Shown: positions 1 through 13,765 of the stretch, in pieces
How positions within the stretch are numbered: the stretch's first letter is position 1
Layout of the letters: every line of letters starts with the position of its first letter
Source of the DNA: Octopus vulgaris
Taxonomy: Eukaryota
Assembly (NCBI GenBank): GCA_951406725.2
Contig: OX597824.1
Location: 97,774,001 to 97,838,000 of the forward strand
Length of the DNA stretch: 64,000 bases
Direction: 5' to 3'
Position numbers and translations under genes: made by a program
The notes under the pieces: model-generated
The model's input: the letters and a program-made list of their open reading frames with translations, nothing else
Database searches by the model: none
What the model was told of the DNA's origin: nothing

Positions 1-49
1 TGAGACACGGGAGAACCCGAGGTTAAATTTCTGGACGGATTTCTTTAAT

Positions 50-86
<37 letters not shown>

Positions 87-244
87 CATACATATACATA
101 CGGATATACACACACACACGTTTAAAACTCTGTATCTTCTTACTTAGAGTTAGCAATGTTACGTTATTCCATTTTTGCAAACAGCTTTGAGTACATTTTT
201 AATTTAATTTCAATCAACACCACTGTGAAATCATAATAACACAT

Positions 245-282
<38 letters not shown>

Positions 283-575
283 ATCGCTATGTTTGTCTAT
301 ATTCTTTAAGATGGAGTCCTATGAAAGGTTATCCAGGTATTGTCCTGCGACAAACAAATTAAGGTAATTTTTTGCAAGAAAAGTCTTGTGTTTGTAATTT
401 AAAAGGTCAATTATGCACACACCTTAAAATACATGTTAAAGGGCCTTCCTTCTTCGTTTACATATGCACCTGTACGTATATACATTCCCATCTCACCCCA
501 CCCCGGTTCTCTCTCTCTCTCTCTCTATCTCTCTTTACATATACGCACACACACTTGCAAGCATCATGTGTGTAT

Positions 576-625
<50 letters not shown>

Positions 626-741
626 ATATATGTGTGTGTGTGGTGTGTGTGCGTGTGTATGTGTGCGTGTGTGTGTGTGTGTGTGCGTGTGTGTGTGTGT
701 GTGTGTATGTATATATGTGTGTATGTATCTATGTATGTATG

Positions 742-772
<31 letters not shown>

Positions 773-1179
773 GCTTATACATCAGCTCAGGTTTGTTTAA
801 AAAAGGGTAGTAGGTCGTGTCGTTGAAGTTCACGACATACACCAACGCGTCAAAAGTAAATTCCAGCAAGCAATCCCTAAGAATTCCATCGACTTCACAA
901 CGTAAGAAATAACGTTTTGGAATTTATCAGACGCGCCTCCGCACATCGCACGCACACGCAGCCGGGTAGACATCTACGCAAGCATTATAAACACGCGAAC
1001 CAAACAATCTATGCTTTTATATATAAACACACACACATACTTGTATATATATATATACATGCATATATATATGTGTGTGTGTGTGTGTGTATTATCACAC
1101 ATATATGCACACATACATATATATACATTTCTATATAGGTATACGTCTTTGTGTGTGCGTGTGTTTGTGTGTGTGTGTA

Positions 1180-1273
<94 letters not shown>

Positions 1274-1599
1274 GTGCATTAGTCGACGTGTTTTTTATTG
1301 AATTCTGAGTATCAAAATTCTTAATTTATTAATATTTCCCTGTCGACCAGAAAAGGAAAACTGCAATAATTTGTAGGGAACTGTGACTTAGAAAGGAAGA
1401 CAATTGAGAACACGAAGGATTTCATGGTCGGATTAAGACTCTTAATGGGAAAATAGGACTCTCTAAATTTGGTTCGGTAGACGAGGCAGCGCAATGGATG
1501 ATCTCCCGCTTCGGTTTGGCCGTTTTGCTTAGCGCAGTCTGTTCCATTTCCGAACTGGTATGAGACGCGCGCGCATGCACGGAGCAAGCGATATGTATT

Positions 1600-2503
1600 T
1601 GAGGACATGCTTGATAATTTAATAAAATGGCTCTAATCTACCAAAAATGAAATGTAGGTTTAAATAAAGTTTGTGCATGTATTCACGACAACCTTTCTTA
1701 TAAGATTATTCCGTGAATCCGCCTTCGGCTTCGATGTCTACTTCAATGCGGGATAGGAATCTTTGACATGCCTGTGTTAAATGATCTTAATTTATCTCGG
1801 ACATCACCAGGGCAATGAAGGCCTTCGGTGAAGCTATGGTATTGTGAGGCTGAAGGCGGTGAGCTGACAGAGACGTTGTTAGCACGCCGGGCGAAATGCG
1901 TAGCCGTATTTCGTCTGCCGCTACGTTCTCAGTACAAATTCCGCCGAGGTCGACTTGGCCTTTCATCCTTTCGGGGTCAATAAATTAAGTACCAGTTACG
2001 CACTGGGATCGATATAATCGATTTAATCCGTTTGTCTGTCCTTGTTTGTCCTCTCTGTGTTTAGCCCCTTGTGGGCAGTAAAGAAATAGGTACTGTGAGG
2101 CTGTCGATTAGTCTCCCTTTCAATAACTCTCCAAACGTGTTAGTGCATGGCATTTTAATCTGGCGAGTTTCGAGGCCACAGTTTTGGTGTTCTGTGATCG
2201 TAAGAATTGTCTGACACCCATTCTTGGGCTACGTGGGTTTTGTAAGGAAATGCTGAGCGTTGCTGAAAGACCGTGTTGCCTTCCAATGCGTACTTCATCC
2301 TTTCTGGGCTTAGCACCTCAGTATATCCAGCAGTATATCCAGCACCTCAGTATATCCAGCAGTATTAATTCTAAGACTCTGCGGAAAGATGGGAGGTGGC
2401 TTGACATGGCTTTCGTTACTAATCTCTCCTAAAACCACCACGCTTTCTGGAACTTTAGTGAGCATGAGGATAGCAGAAGGATCAGCACACGACCAACTCT
2501 CAT
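1600..2503 (-). mobile_element. Degenerate Tc1/mariner-superfamily DNA transposon, 3' half of transposase, interrupted by a SINE
   Basis: Minus-strand translation gives NESWSCADPSAILMLTKVPESVVVLGEISNESHVKPPPIFPQSLRINTAGYTEVL and C-terminal ACQRFLSRIEVDIEAEGGFTE* (stop at 1706-1708), resembling Tc1/mariner catalytic and C-terminal motifs; frameshifts and stops present. Confidence 0.75.
1853..2090 (+). mobile_element. tRNA-derived SINE, family A (Meta/MESC-like core), near full length
   Basis: Head aaggcggtgagctgacagagacgttgttagcacgccgggcg, core gccgaggtcgacttggcctttcatcctttcggggtcaataaattaagtaccag; flanked by ggtattgtgaggctg (1838-1852) and ggtactgtgaggctg (2089-2103), a probable target-site duplication; more than 10 related copies in the window. 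Confidence 0.85.
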
Positions 2504-2863
2504 TACATACATACATATATACACTTACACACATACATGCATACATACATATATACATATATACATAAATACATACATACTTATATACATACATTCAGGC
2601 ACACACATACATACACACAAACATACATATACACACACATACGTACACACAAAAATACATGCATACAGATATATATATATACGTACATACATACACGTGT
2701 GTGCGCGGGTGCTTTTGTATGTATAAGTTTAAACATATGTCTGCGCATGTACATGCACACCAACACAGAGCACAAACACACAAACACACACACACGTACA
2801 GACACGTGTATATATAAGAAATTAGAATGATAGAAGAATAAGAAATTGTGTAGTGGACTTCAT

Positions 2864-2921
2864 TAGCTTACAGCTGTTTCTAACCATGTTTGTACATCAC
2901 ACTAGAGCATCGTCAGAGCTA
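2864..2921 (-). ncRNA. Minimal type-I hammerhead ribozyme-like motif (degenerate stem II)
   Basis: Reverse complement: tagct CTGACGA tgctctagtgtgatgtacaaacatggtta GAAA cagctg TA agcta. Stem I tagct/agcta, intact core, palindromic stem III ACAGCTGT, GUA site; stem II pairs poorly. Confidence 0.55.
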
Positions 2922-2923
2922 GC

Positions 2924-2957
<34 letters not shown>

Positions 2958-3034
2958 TGTGTGTGTGTGTGCGCGCGCGCGCGCGCGTATGGAAAGAGAG
3001 AGAGAGAGAGATTCCCCTTACCTTTTGTCTCTGA

Positions 3035-3245
3035 ATTGTTTCAGTCAAAGGACCGCAACCATGTTTCGTCCTCACATTGAAAGATTTTAGTCGAATGAAT
3101 CGGCCCCAAAACATACTGTTTCAAGTCTGGTACTTATTCGATCGGCTTTTTACCGAACAGCTTAGTTACGGAGGTGTAAACAAACCGACACCGGTTGTCA
3201 AGTGGTTGGTAGTGGACGGGTCTAACACAGACACAAAAACACACA
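3035..3245 (-). mobile_element. SINE family B, 3' part
   Basis: Matches the 3' half of the 48501-48976 copy (ccgaacagcttagttacggaggtgtaaacaaaccgacaccggttgtcaag). Confidence 0.7.
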
Positions 3246-4340
3246 GATATATATTCATACATACATACATCAGCTGGTACATCCCTTAACTACCATTTAA
3301 GTGTGCTTAATAGTATCAGTAGTCTAGGTGGCAGCACTTGTACTAGCAATAACTCTAGTGACATCCATATTAATTAGAATAATGGTAGACTCCAGTATAG
3401 TTGTGCCTGAAGCGATACCTGTAATATTAATATCCATCCACGATCCGAGTTATGTAAGTGTAGAAATAAACTTCGATGCCGTCTTAATAGCTTATGCCTC
3501 ACCCAAAATATTGTATATAGATGAAATGTCCGAACCAATGCGCAACCGGTGATATATTTAAACACAGATTATACAATCATGTTCATACTTTTAAGAGACT
3601 TGATAAAGCTGGAGTTACATCATTCGCTACCACCATTATCACAACAATAACAACCACAACACCATACTCTATAATAAAAGGGAGAAAAAAAATCAGAATT
3701 ATTGATAGCTAGCCTGACTTCTGCTATCCTCATCTCTAAATACACTTCGACAACTATTTATATAGAGATAGGCCAACGGTCGGGGGTAAACATTTTCGTT
3801 TATAAAATCCCTCAAGTAAGGTCGAACAACGGCTAAACTGCTATCCCAAAGAAATACAGTGGACTTTAGCGGTCATTCGGAGTGTAAGAAAATAGCAGCC
3901 ACATCCTCAGAATATACCCTACAATGTTTAAACAAAACCGGACACATTTATAATGCAGTCCAAGGTACAACATTCCTGAATAAACGATTGTACGTTTCAT
4001 TGCCATAAGTCATCTGCGAAAGCACTTTACAAAACTAAATTTAACGAAAATATTTTCCAGGGAAATAACTCTCTAAGGAAAAGCACGAATTATCTCCCTT
4101 GCATCACTTATTTACAGATCGGGCTTTTTTGTTTTTTTGTTGTTTTACTGTAAAAACAAAAAAAGAGCGGTGGACTGGTCGGACCCACCAACGTCATCTT
4201 TGCTCTCCATCCTCATTGGTCACATGCAAGAAAGTGTCTAGAATTGACAAATCGACTAAATTTTTTCCCCTAAATTGCTGACTTTGGATCGAAATTTCAA
4301 AGAATATGCCCGAAATTTTCTTTTTTTTTTTTGCGGAGCA

Positions 4341-4487
4341 GTCGATTTGGTACTTAATTTATCGACCTCGAAAGGATGAAAGGCAAAGTTGACCTCGGCG
4401 GAATTTGAACTCAGAACGTAACGGCAGACGAAATACCGATAAACATTTCGCCCGGCGTGCTAACGTTTCTGCCAGTTCGCCGCCTTA
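4341..4487 (-). mobile_element. SINE family A
   Basis: Reverse complement of the family A head and core (aaaggatgaaaggcaaagttgacctcggcggaatttgaactcagaacg...gccagttcgccgcctta). Confidence 0.85.
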
Positions 4488-4699
4488 AATTTGAAAGAAT
4501 ATTATAGGAGACAATGAGGTTGTTGCTCCAGGTTCAATCACTGGTCGATGCAGTAGAGTTATAGGAATTTTCTTCTTTCTTCTTTTTTTTCAAATTATTT
4601 TTTTAGCTTTAACTCGAGAACTGCGGTCATGCTGGGGCACCGCTATCAGCTTTGCCACACCTTAACTACCTGAAACTTGTTTTGATATGTGGTATTTGG

Positions 4700-4925
4700 A
4701 GAATGAGGGTGTATGATGTTGCTGTTTTGATGACGTTGACATCCACTACTCCAGGTAGGTCTCTCGGGTGGGGTGGGGGAGGATACTGAAGAGTCATGGG
4801 CCCTTGAAACCTTGTAGAATCTGGTCTTGTATCCTGATGGCGATGTTGGAATCTATGGCGCTACATACTGGTGCCCCATTTTGCTGTTGGTGTAACTTTC
4901 AATGCCAAAGTTTGGTACAAGCCTT
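4700..4925 (-). mobile_element. CR1-group LINE 3' remnant
   Basis: Clearly homologous to 57275-57575 (shared tgtaactttcaatgccaaag, atctggtc.tgtatcct, gaatgaggg); degenerate ORF2 C-terminus. Confidence 0.55.
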
Positions 4926-5617
4926 TCTAGAATTCTCCAGAACTGCTGTTGACTAAAAAAAAAAAAAATTTCCAATGCCGACTATGGGCCCCACAAAAAA
5001 TGCCGATTAATCAGATTTGAGTAGACTGTACGAGGTTTTATCTTTGTTTTAAGCCATTTTCCGATGATGAAATATTGACACTACTTATGCATTATAAGTA
5101 GCGTATAATATTTCATGAAAACCTTTTTGTCCAATTTGGCAGAGGAAACGAGAAGAACATTAAAATTTTTGTCGGCGCCTTGTTGATGCTTCAAGTGACC
5201 ATCCCGTGCACTACCGGGCCATGAGTAGGAAGGGGGCTGGGCAAAGGCACAACAAACCCATTCATCTATTCTCCAGAAGTGTCCTGTTGATGTTTCACGT
5301 TTCCAATCCTGCGCAACGCAACGTGGTCCGGCAGCGTGTCTGCTTTCTATGTCATCCATATCTGAACAAAATAATGCAAAATGTTCGCACAAAAAAACAC
5401 AAGCTTCTGTTGTAACTCGATTTGTTTTGGTAATAATCATGAAATTTTGTCATTTTAAAAAAAAATTTGCTCAATTTCATTGAAACAGATAATTAATTCT
5501 GGAACACCCTGAATGGTGCAGCGTTGGTAGTTGTTGCGTTGCTCGAGTAAATATTAGAATCGAAGGTCTTCTCGCCGTAAACATCCCCTCTTTTTGTTAC
5601 TCATATTGTATCAAGGA

Positions 5618-6001
5618 AGGAGGCGCAATGGCCCAGTGGTTAGGGCAGCGGACTCGCGGTCGTAGGATCGCGGTTTCGATTCCCAGACCGGGCGTTGTGA
5701 GTGTTTATTGAGCGAAAGCTCCTAAAAGCTCCACGACGCTCCGGCAGGGGATGGTGGTGATCCCTGCTGTACTCTTTCACCACAACTTTCTCTCACTCTT
5801 ACTTCCTGTTTGTGTTGTACCTGTATTTCAAAGGGCCGGCCTTGTCACTCTCTGTGTCACGCTGAATATCCCCGAGAACTACGTTAAGGGTACACGTGTC
5901 TGTGGAGTGCTCAGCCACTTACACGTTAATTTCACGAGCAGGCTGTTCCGTTGATCGGATCAACCGGAACCCTCGTCGTCGTAACCGACGGAGTGCTTCC
6001 A
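5618..6001 (+). mobile_element. tRNA-derived SINE, family C, full length with 11-bp TSD
   Basis: A box tggcccagtggttagg and B box ggtttcgattccc; exact direct repeat tgtatcaagga at 5607-5617 and 6002-6012. Confidence 0.9.
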
Positions 6002-6485
6002 TGTATCAAGGAGTATATTGTCCAAAATGCATCTCTCCTTTATAGGAATGGCCATGTGGTTGAGAAGCTTGCTTTCCAACCATGTTGCCTTGGGTTCAGT
6101 CCCACTGTGCGGCACGTTGGGCAATTTCCTTTCATTACAGCTCCGTCCCGACCAAAGCCTTATGTATTATATAATTGCCATGACTGTATTGATATATATA
6201 ATAACACATACAACTCACTTATTATTATCATATAATAAACAAACAGAAGTTCGCGTATGAAATTGATCTTCTTTCTACTTCAATTATGACATGTTTTTTC
6301 TTATAAAATACACACATAGAGGAGGAGTAAGTCTCTATATATAATAATACTTTGAATGTAGCTCCCGAGAAAGAGTAAAAGTAATTACCAGATCAACGAC
6401 GGATATTACTGCTAGTCCAGTATAAATTTCTTAAGCGGAACATCCACCGATCCCATTGCCCGACTGGTAGAGGGTTTTGAGCGCC

Positions 6486-6900
<415 letters not shown>

Positions 6901-7039
6901 AGTGCTTAGCTGCATTTCGCCCCTTTCGCTACGTTCTGAGTTCGAATTCCGCCGAAATTGACTTTTGCCTTTCATCCTTTCAACGACCATAACTGCTTAA
7001 CCTCTCAAGCTAACCTGTTATATCTATAAATATGGTTTT

Positions 7040-7420
7040 GGGGAGGCTTTGGTCCTGTGCTGCTATTTAAAATCCTTCAGTCTCTGCTTTGAGTCCTGAG
7101 CTTCTCAACCATTGCTGGAATTTTGCTTTGTCCATTTCTTTTGCGTTTAGTTTTAGCCTAGTATTTGCCATGAATGAGCTTTTCTTGCCATCGTTTTATC
7201 ATGATCCGTTGCTGTTCTAGTTTTAGTTTGCATTTCATTTGTTTTCCAGCTTTTGTTGTTTCTTATTTTTCTTCATAGCCGTTAGGTACTAATGACTTCT
7301 TGTTTGTATTTATCAGCTTCCTTAAAGACAGAAAACAGTTTTTTTTATTTGTTCGTGTTTTGTGGTTATTTGTATTAGTTTTCCTTGCTTCTGAAGTAGG
7401 TATTTCTGTAGTCCTATGGT
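7040..7420 (-). mobile_element. R4/Dong-like non-LTR retrotransposon internal ORF remnant
   Basis: Minus-strand pieces KLEQQRIMIKRWQEKLIHGKY and QQWLRSSGLKAETEGF*IAAQDQSLP match the post-RT region (W..K.LHG.Y; WL...LK.ETEG...AAQDQ) of RLE-type R4/Dong elements. Confidence 0.75.
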
Positions 7421-7468
7421 GGTTTATTATTATTATTATTATTATCATTATTATTATTATTATTATTA

Positions 7469-7790
<322 letters not shown>

Positions 7791-7809
7791 ATAAATAAAT
7801 AAATAAAAA

Positions 7810-7883
<74 letters not shown>

Positions 7884-7924
7884 TATTATTATTATTATTA
7901 TTATTATCATCATCATCATCATCA

Positions 7925-7982
<58 letters not shown>

Positions 7983-7993
7983 CATCATCATCA

Positions 7994-8030
<37 letters not shown>

Positions 8031-8044
8031 CATCATCATCATCA

Positions 8045-8162
<118 letters not shown>

Positions 8163-8234
8163 TGAGTGAGGAGCAGTGTATGCCATCAAAGTGACACTGG
8201 GGTACAAATATACGAAGCCCAGAATACCCATCAT

Positions 8235-8530
8235 GACTTTTGCTTTGTGCAAGTCTTACCCAGAGACCTCAAGAGACAACAAGTTGGAAGTTCATGTTGG
8301 TGTTATGACTAGGGTGCCATATATTTGGTTTTGTACATAGTGTTGTACTAGTGAATGTTTAAGAAACCATAAGAAAATTGTGTTTGTTTTAAAATTTGAG
8401 ATTACATAGAAAGTATTTTGTGTAGGATATGGGCAGTTCCCATGAGCACTATTTTTTTGAATTTCTGCCATTTTGGCATTTTCTGGTATGTGAGCTACGT
8501 AGCAATCAGCCCCTTTTGCTATCATTCCTA

Positions 8531-8533
<3 letters not shown>
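8235..8533 (-). mobile_element. R4/Dong-like element: ORF C-terminus plus 3' UTR
   Basis: GMIAKGADCYVAHIPENAKMAEIQK, then after a frameshift VLMGTAHILHKILSM*, matches the EIQK.VL.GTAHILR..LS terminus of R4/Dong ORFs. Confidence 0.75.
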
Positions 8534-8567
<34 letters not shown>

Positions 8568-8581
8568 CATCATCATCATCA

Positions 8582-8790
<209 letters not shown>

Positions 8791-9170
8791 GGCACTAGGG
8801 TAAAATATACGAAGCCCAGTGTTCTCATCATGACTACCCGATTGATAAGGGTATACGAGGCACATGCATCACAACCATATGTGCGCGACATGGTGATCTC
8901 ATATCAATATTAACAGCACATGACCTTGCAGGTGGGGCCCAGTTAGAATTTTCTTCAGGTCGAGTATCCCATCCCGCTCAAAATGTCCCTGAATAAAGGT
9001 TGTTTAAGGATGATGAACGAAACACCTATGTTTCCAAAGAATGTATCTAACCCCAAAGAATTCCTCTGAACACATGGCTATGATGCTCCCACACAATGTC
9101 TGCTCGTGATCAAAGATGCACATATTGTCAGCTACTAAGGGACATACTCAACTGACAATCTGTGGTATTG
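8791..9170 (-). mobile_element. Interspersed repeat X, 3' part, ending in (AAT)n on the minus strand; its terminal part recurs at 8161-8238
   Basis: Homology to 6750-6900 and to 8161-8238 (aatatacgaagcccag...catcatgact). Confidence 0.7.
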
Positions 9171-9212
9171 ATATTATTATTATTGTTGTTGTTGTTGTTG
9201 CTGTTCTTGTTG

Positions 9213-9440
9213 TAAGGCGATGAGCTGGCAGAATCGTTAGCACGCCAGACAAAGTGGTTAGCGGCATTTCGTCCGTCTTCACGTTCTGAGATCAAATGCC
9301 GCCGAGGTCCACTTTACCCTTCATCCTTTCAGGGTTGATAAAACAAGTAGGAGCTGAGAAAAGAAGTCGATGTATTCGACTAGATCCCCACCCGACCCGT
9401 GCAAAATTTCACATCTTGTGCCTCGAACGGAAAGGTTTAT
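9213..9440 (+). mobile_element. SINE family A (diverged)
   Basis: aaggcgatgagctggcagaatcgttagcacgcc...gccgaggtccactttacccttcatcctttcagggttgataaa. Confidence 0.8.
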
Positions 9441-9444
9441 TATA

Positions 9445-9765
9445 GCCGTGGTCAAGTAGTAAGGAGACTCTATTTGCAGTTACGAGGTTCCGGGTTCGAC
9501 ACAGATGTGTGGCATTTGGATTAGTAACTTTCATTATAGCTTCGGTCGACTCAAGAATTGGGAGTCGACAATGGAAATTGTGCGGAAGCCCCTCAGATGT
9601 TATTTTCTTCTAATTCAAAGGTGCAGCTTTGTCATACCCTACATTGCTGATTCGGCCAGAGAAATCTATTAAAGGCAGACATATCTGTGGAACACTCGGC
9701 CACATTCATTTAGGGGCTTGTTAGTTCACTTCACTGAAATAATAAAAGTCATCGCCCAGATTGAA
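9445..9765 (+). mobile_element. Diverged SINE with family B-like head and family C-like tail
   Basis: ggttccgggttcgac...tatagcttcggtcgac...gtgcggaagccc (B-like), followed by ttcaaaggtgcagctttgtca...tctgtggaacactcggccac (like 5828-5920). Confidence 0.55.
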
Positions 9766-9895
9766 AGAGACCCCCTCCCCTCCATCCAATATTTCTGTAA
9801 ACATTTTTAGAAATTGTTCCTCTGCAACGCTTTGCACTTCTGTGTGTCTTGGGTACTTTCAGTGGTTTGGTTTAAGCTGCTACTGTTATTTCTGC

Positions 9896-9987
<92 letters not shown>

Positions 9988-9994
9988 ATGTATG

Positions 9995-10049
<55 letters not shown>

Positions 10050-10066
10050 ATACACGTATGTATATA

Positions 10067-10108
<42 letters not shown>

Positions 10109-11394
10109 ATGTGTGTGTGTTTGTGCGTGCGTGCGTGTCTGTCTATTATTCCACCGCCTTTTAGTGTTATTTCTGTATATATGCTGGATGTATATATGTC
10201 CCTTATTTTGTTTTTGTTTTCGCATATTGATATTCTAGAGAGCGGCCCCTGCGCTTTCACTTAGCCCTACCTGACTATTTATCCTCTTTATTTTGCTTCT
10301 GCGAAACTCTTAATGTCTCTCGGTTTCGTTTTTTCAATATTTATCGTTTTAAGCTCTTATATTTTATTTCCGTTGTTTGCTATGGAGTTATATTCATTGT
10401 TTATATATTCATCGGGTATTCTTTATTTTAACAGCTCTATCTCCATGTCTCATATCACTTTCATTTTAGGTAAATACCATCATAAATTGTTGCGTTGCCT
10501 GTCGGGATCCAAAGTTATTTCGAGATCCGAGTTATTTTCTTTTATCTGCTTATCTCATCCATTCGTGTGGTGCTAGTTTCATTTCGTGACTACACTGATT
10601 GTGTAAGGTATCTCCTATTTCTCTCGGGACCGTTTATGTCTTTTTTTCCCCCGTTTATCTGCAGATCTTCAGAAGTGAGGGCTGTCATTTTTTTCGCACG
10701 TTCTAATCATTTTTATCTCTTACCCTCATATTTGTTTCCGTCGGTGAAGCATTTTTTGCGCTCCACCAATGTGTACCTCTTATGCATAAAATCCAAAGTA
10801 CACATTCTCTTGGGGTTTTAGGGTTTATGTTGATATTGCTCCGTGCTTTTTTCGCTATGACGATGATGATGATGATTATGATGTGTGTGTATGTGTGTGT
10901 GCGTTTATTTGTTTTCCTAGGTTTTGATAATTTTTCCATAATGCTGCGTGCAGTACGCCCTTTCGAAATTCTGTTTATTTTGAGTGCAAATTTGAATGCT
11001 TACCAGATTAGCAACGCAACCAGGTAACCATGTCGTCCCGGGTTTGATCTCAGCACGAGGTACCTTAGACAAGTTTTTTTCTCTCATAACCTAATTCCTT
11101 GCGAGGGGGATTTGGCAAACACAAGCCATCTTGATGAGTGAAAGCGTGTATTTGTATGTATGTATGTATGTGTGTGTGTGCGTGCTTGTGCGTGCGTGTG
11201 GGTGTGTGTTCACGCACGCGCGCGCGCGTGTGTATTGACTACGGAAGGCAGTCATCAGAACCTCGACGAGGACATAAAGCTCTGGTGGTGTGAAACTTGT
11301 ATCCGTGTATTCCTTTCTGAAATAGCAACTGTATGCCTCGTCCTTCCTCCCAGACTGGGTGATTCCTACGAATTTAGCGCGTGGAAGGGCAAAC

Positions 11395-11635
11395 CAATAC
11401 CGATTGTCAAACAGTGGTCACACACACGCACATACACACACATAAACACACACATACATACATGTATATATACGACGGGCTTCTTTCAGTTTCCGCCAAC
11501 CAAATCCACTCACAAGGCTTTGGTTGGCTTGGAGATATAGTAGAAGACACTTGCCCAAGGTACCACGCATTGGGACTGACTGAACTCGGTTCCTTGTGGT
11601 TGGGAAGCAAGCTTCTTACCACACACCCACGCCTA
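11395..11635 (-). mobile_element. SINE family B (CORE-SINE-like)
   Basis: acgacgggcttctttcagtttccg...aaatccactcacaaggctttggttggc...tagtagaagacacttgcccaaggtaccacgc...gcaagcttcttaccacac is the reverse complement of the family B head and core. Confidence 0.85.
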
Positions 11636-12064
11636 TATATTCTGCATGGTAACTAACTCTACTTTTTTTTTCTTTTTCCTTTGCAAGAATAACAACGCCG
11701 AATATTTCAGCCAAAAATGCTGCGTTATTAATTAGTTGACCATTTTAGCCACCAGAAGAGACAGGGCATTTTTTTTAAGGTGTGAAGGAAATTATCCTTA
11801 AATTAAAGACATGGATGCCTGCACCTCTGTGGGCTGCACCAAAGACACACCAGAACCAAATGAATGGCGATGAAGGTGTTATTAAACCAGCCGACACAGA
11901 AACTGATATTTGTGGGTCTAAAGACAGAGAATTGTTTAAAATTTAAGTATTTCCCAAGTAGAATCCAGAAGATCTATGATCATAGACGTTCTAACATTTA
12001 TATATGACAGAACTGCATGTGTACCTTGCATTTGTTTTTAAAAGAGTAAGTTATTATGGCTGTT

Positions 12065-12312
12065 GTGGAGCGCGTGGCTTAGTGGTTAGGGTGTCAGCAT
12101 CATGATCGTAAGATTGTGGTTTCGATTCCTGGACCGGGCGACGCGTTGTGTTCTTGAGCAAAACACTTCATTTCACGTTGCTCCAGTTCATTCAGCTGGC
12201 AAAAATGAGTAAAGCTGCGATGGACTGGCGTCCCGTCCAGTTGGAGAACACATACGCCATTGAAACTGGTAAACCGGGCCCATGAGCTTGGCTAGGCTTT
12301 AAAAGGGTGCAT
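12065..12312 (+). mobile_element. tRNA-derived SINE, family D
   Basis: A box gtggcttagtggttagg, B box ggtttcgattcc, 3' module gcgatggactggcgtcccgtccag; imperfect flanking repeats aagttat(tat)ggctg. Confidence 0.85.
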
Positions 12313-13254
12313 TTATTATTATTATAAGTTATGGCTGCTATTTCTAGTGGATAGAGCAGTCATATAAAATCGCCTTCACTATTACGTTTTATTCACTTGG
12401 AGCAAACTGCTTCGCTACAATTAGTTCCGTCTGTTGATATTCAATGCTTAAAGTTCAACAGAGCACAATGTACTTTTCATCTTTAGGGTTTCGATAAAAT
12501 AAAGTACTAGTCAAGTACTGAAGCCGATATAATAAATTATTCCCGCCCTTAAAATGTGGTCTTCTGCCAAATTTAAAAACTTTTATTGATTCCTAATCAC
12601 ATCAACTTTCATTCAATAAACGTCGATATCCTTCTTGGTTTTACTATCCACTCGGTATCAAAGCTCACCCGATAGTGTCAAGATCTGAACACGGGAATCA
12701 CACCATCAAATTTACACAAGATGTGATACATTGGAATACATTTCTGGTATCAAACCTCCTACTCTTTAATGTATTGGAGAAATAAGAGCGATAGACAAAT
12801 TAAGATGTTTCTGTTTCCGGACAAATCAGAAAAACACGATTTGACACGAATAAAGTTTTGAGAGAGAGAGAAATAAAAGGTTTAAGTTTCCACAATCGTC
12901 TGTAAACAAACACATTTTTTGTTTTAGTTTAATGGAGTTGTTTGTTGTCCACTTGAGACTCACTTCCGGTTTGACAAATGTTTCCCTTTTTAATTCGTCC
13001 GATTCGCAGTCTATCTAGAAAAAACGTCAGTCTGCGATATTAAGTAAATACTGTGTCACACGGAGCCACGATGCACGTATATACTAAGGCGACGCAATGT
13101 CGCTGGCTTTGCCCACGTTTTTGTTTATTTCAAGTACAACGATGAAAAATCTGTTGCGGAATAGGGTGAAGGATTTTCCGGTCGGGAAGTGTTTTATCCG
13201 GACCAAGGCGAGGGAAGAAGAAATAACTGAGCAAGCGGCGTTCGAATTTAACAC

Positions 13255-13293
<39 letters not shown>

Positions 13294-13765
13294 GTACACA
13301 CATACACACATACACACACACACGCATATATATACGCACACTCACATATACACACACATACATACATTCGCATACATACACACATACATATGTATATATA
13401 TACACAAATATAATGTTACTATAAACATGTAGATATGCACGCATAAACATTGCACGCGCTAGTGCGTGTTTATGTATGTATATTATTTTTCTGCGTGTAA
13501 TGATGAGCACACATGGTTGAGTTCGCTTCTCATTGATAGGACCCGGGTTCGATCCCGCTGTAAAGCATCTTGGACAAATTCCTTTTACCACAGGCCCTGG
13601 TCCGCTTAAACTTTGTGAGTATATTCAAGGAAATGGAAACTGTAGGATCGAGTTTTGCATCCGGAGTTCGGGTCCAGCCTCGTTACATAAGTTTACGTTG
13701 ATTCTTCTTGAGAATTACGTGTCTGCGGAATACTCAGCCGTTTGGTCACACACACACACACACGT

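Noticed and set aside
5618-5690. tRNA-like sequences here and at 12065, 30571-30644 and 63160-63233
   Set aside because: They have A and B boxes but no complete cloverleaf, and they continue into SINE bodies with TSD-like flanks, so they are SINE heads rather than tRNA genes.
10140-10980. Long non-microsatellite stretch with several short ORFs
   Set aside because: Probably an old retroelement remnant, but I could not recover any recognisable motif, so no call is made.
11236-11262. Minus-strand CTGATGA followed by a small hairpin
   Set aside because: No GAAA or stem III/stem I follows, so it is not a hammerhead.
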